Of a DNA stretch of 64,000 nt, positions 62,889-64,000 are shown piece by piece. The number at the start of each line of letters is the position of its first letter. Within the stretch, counting starts at the first letter, position 1. The notes beneath the pieces are model-generated. The model did no database searches and was not told the origin of the DNA. It was given only the letters and a program-made list of their open reading frames with translations. The position numbers and the translations under genes were made by a program. The stretch covers positions 91,202,001-91,266,000 of the forward strand of contig NW_026262734.1 of the NCBI RefSeq assembly GCF_021869535.1, given 5' to 3'. The stretch is from Mytilus californianus. Taxonomy: Eukaryota.

Positions 62889-64000
62889 GTAAGTTTTTAC
62901 TGTAGCAGAATAATAAAGTTAAATTCTGGGATGAATTAAAAAAAAAAAAAAACAACCAGAAACTGGAAGCTTTGGTCGATGTTGTAATTTAATGTATATA
63001 AAATACTACTATTTGTAGTTTTCAAGTATTTTGTTGGGCTACCCATATAAAGTTATTTTTCTCTCTCCAAGGACGCAAAACTTATCGGTCGATAACATCA
63101 ACAAAGATTGTCTACAAGTCAGATCAAAAGTCCGACATTATCTACATATAAAGATAAAAGGAAGTGGTATGATTGCCAATGAGACAACTCTCCACCAGAG
63201 ACCATTTAAATAACAAAGAAGTTTTCAAGTATAGGTCACCTTCCGGCTTTCAACCATGAGCACCACCCATATCGCATAATCAGCTATACAAGACACGTTT
63301 ACTGTGGATCTGAATATTGTGTTACTAATATCTTGTCCGTTATTTTTTTTTACATAAAAGTTAATTTACAAAAGGGGCTTTGAAATTCAGTGTTCTTAAT
63401 TTTGAATTACTATGAAAACAAAACAAAAAGTGTACAGGTCGCTGTATAAGTAATGTAAAAACTCCCATATCACCATGATAGCAAAACAAAGATCTCATAG
63501 TTAAAGAGTATGAGTTGAACTTCGTATTCATATTTGAATATTTGAAAAAAATATCATGCTGTTTACCAAAAAAAATCTTGGATAAAAACTTATGAAACAG
63601 CTAAGGGAAAAACAATCTGAACTAATATTGACTGAACGAAATATAAACGTGTGAAACTGAATTATATATTATGAAGTTGTATTAAAATGGCAAGATAACT
63701 TGACTTGTGTATCGAGTATAAACTTCCTTATTGTGTATATTTGTTATTTCCTGTAAGAACTTTTTAACTTCCTATTCCTAATTTTTTTCTAAATGTTTTA
63801 AACAAGTGTTAAAACATGTAGTTTTGTTTACTTAAAACTGTATTATGGTAAAGTGATCTCAATTTCAGTACAAAATAGGTTTGAAAAACATGTTGCCAGG
63901 CTCCAACCAAAAATAAATCATCAATATTTGTTTATTTTGTTACTTGTAAGTTGAGCTTTTAAATATAAGAAGTCTGAAAAGTATGATTACTTATCAATTT

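Overview
AT-rich, intron-containing eukaryotic DNA; the dispersed repeat families and gene content point to a bivalve mollusc, probably a Mytilus-type mussel (inference). Genes: the 5' part of MCCC1 (minus strand, running off the left edge); an intact 4-exon clan-2 cytochrome P450 (8128-14202) with a non-canonical I-helix; PGAM5 (28817-52254); and two tandem Shaw/Kv3-like K+ channel genes (54416-57025, and 62433 onward off the right edge). The rest is dense with non-autonomous mobile DNA: Helentron-like elements including an 8.3-kb head-to-tail triplet, MITEs with resolvable target-site duplications, and hAT, LINE and Penelope remnants. Main points of interest: (1) the PGAM5 last exon sits behind nine identical 3' splice sites in an 83-bp array and also has a second, diverged, intact copy 3.7 kb downstream; (2) a 466-bp TRIM whose LTRs carry a tRNA-Thr-like Pol III module; (3) a palindromic type-I hammerhead ribozyme in tandem Penelope-like repeats; (4) a P450 lacking the catalytic acid-alcohol pair; (5) Kv subunits with PVP replaced by PIA. 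All calls are by eye; no searches were run.
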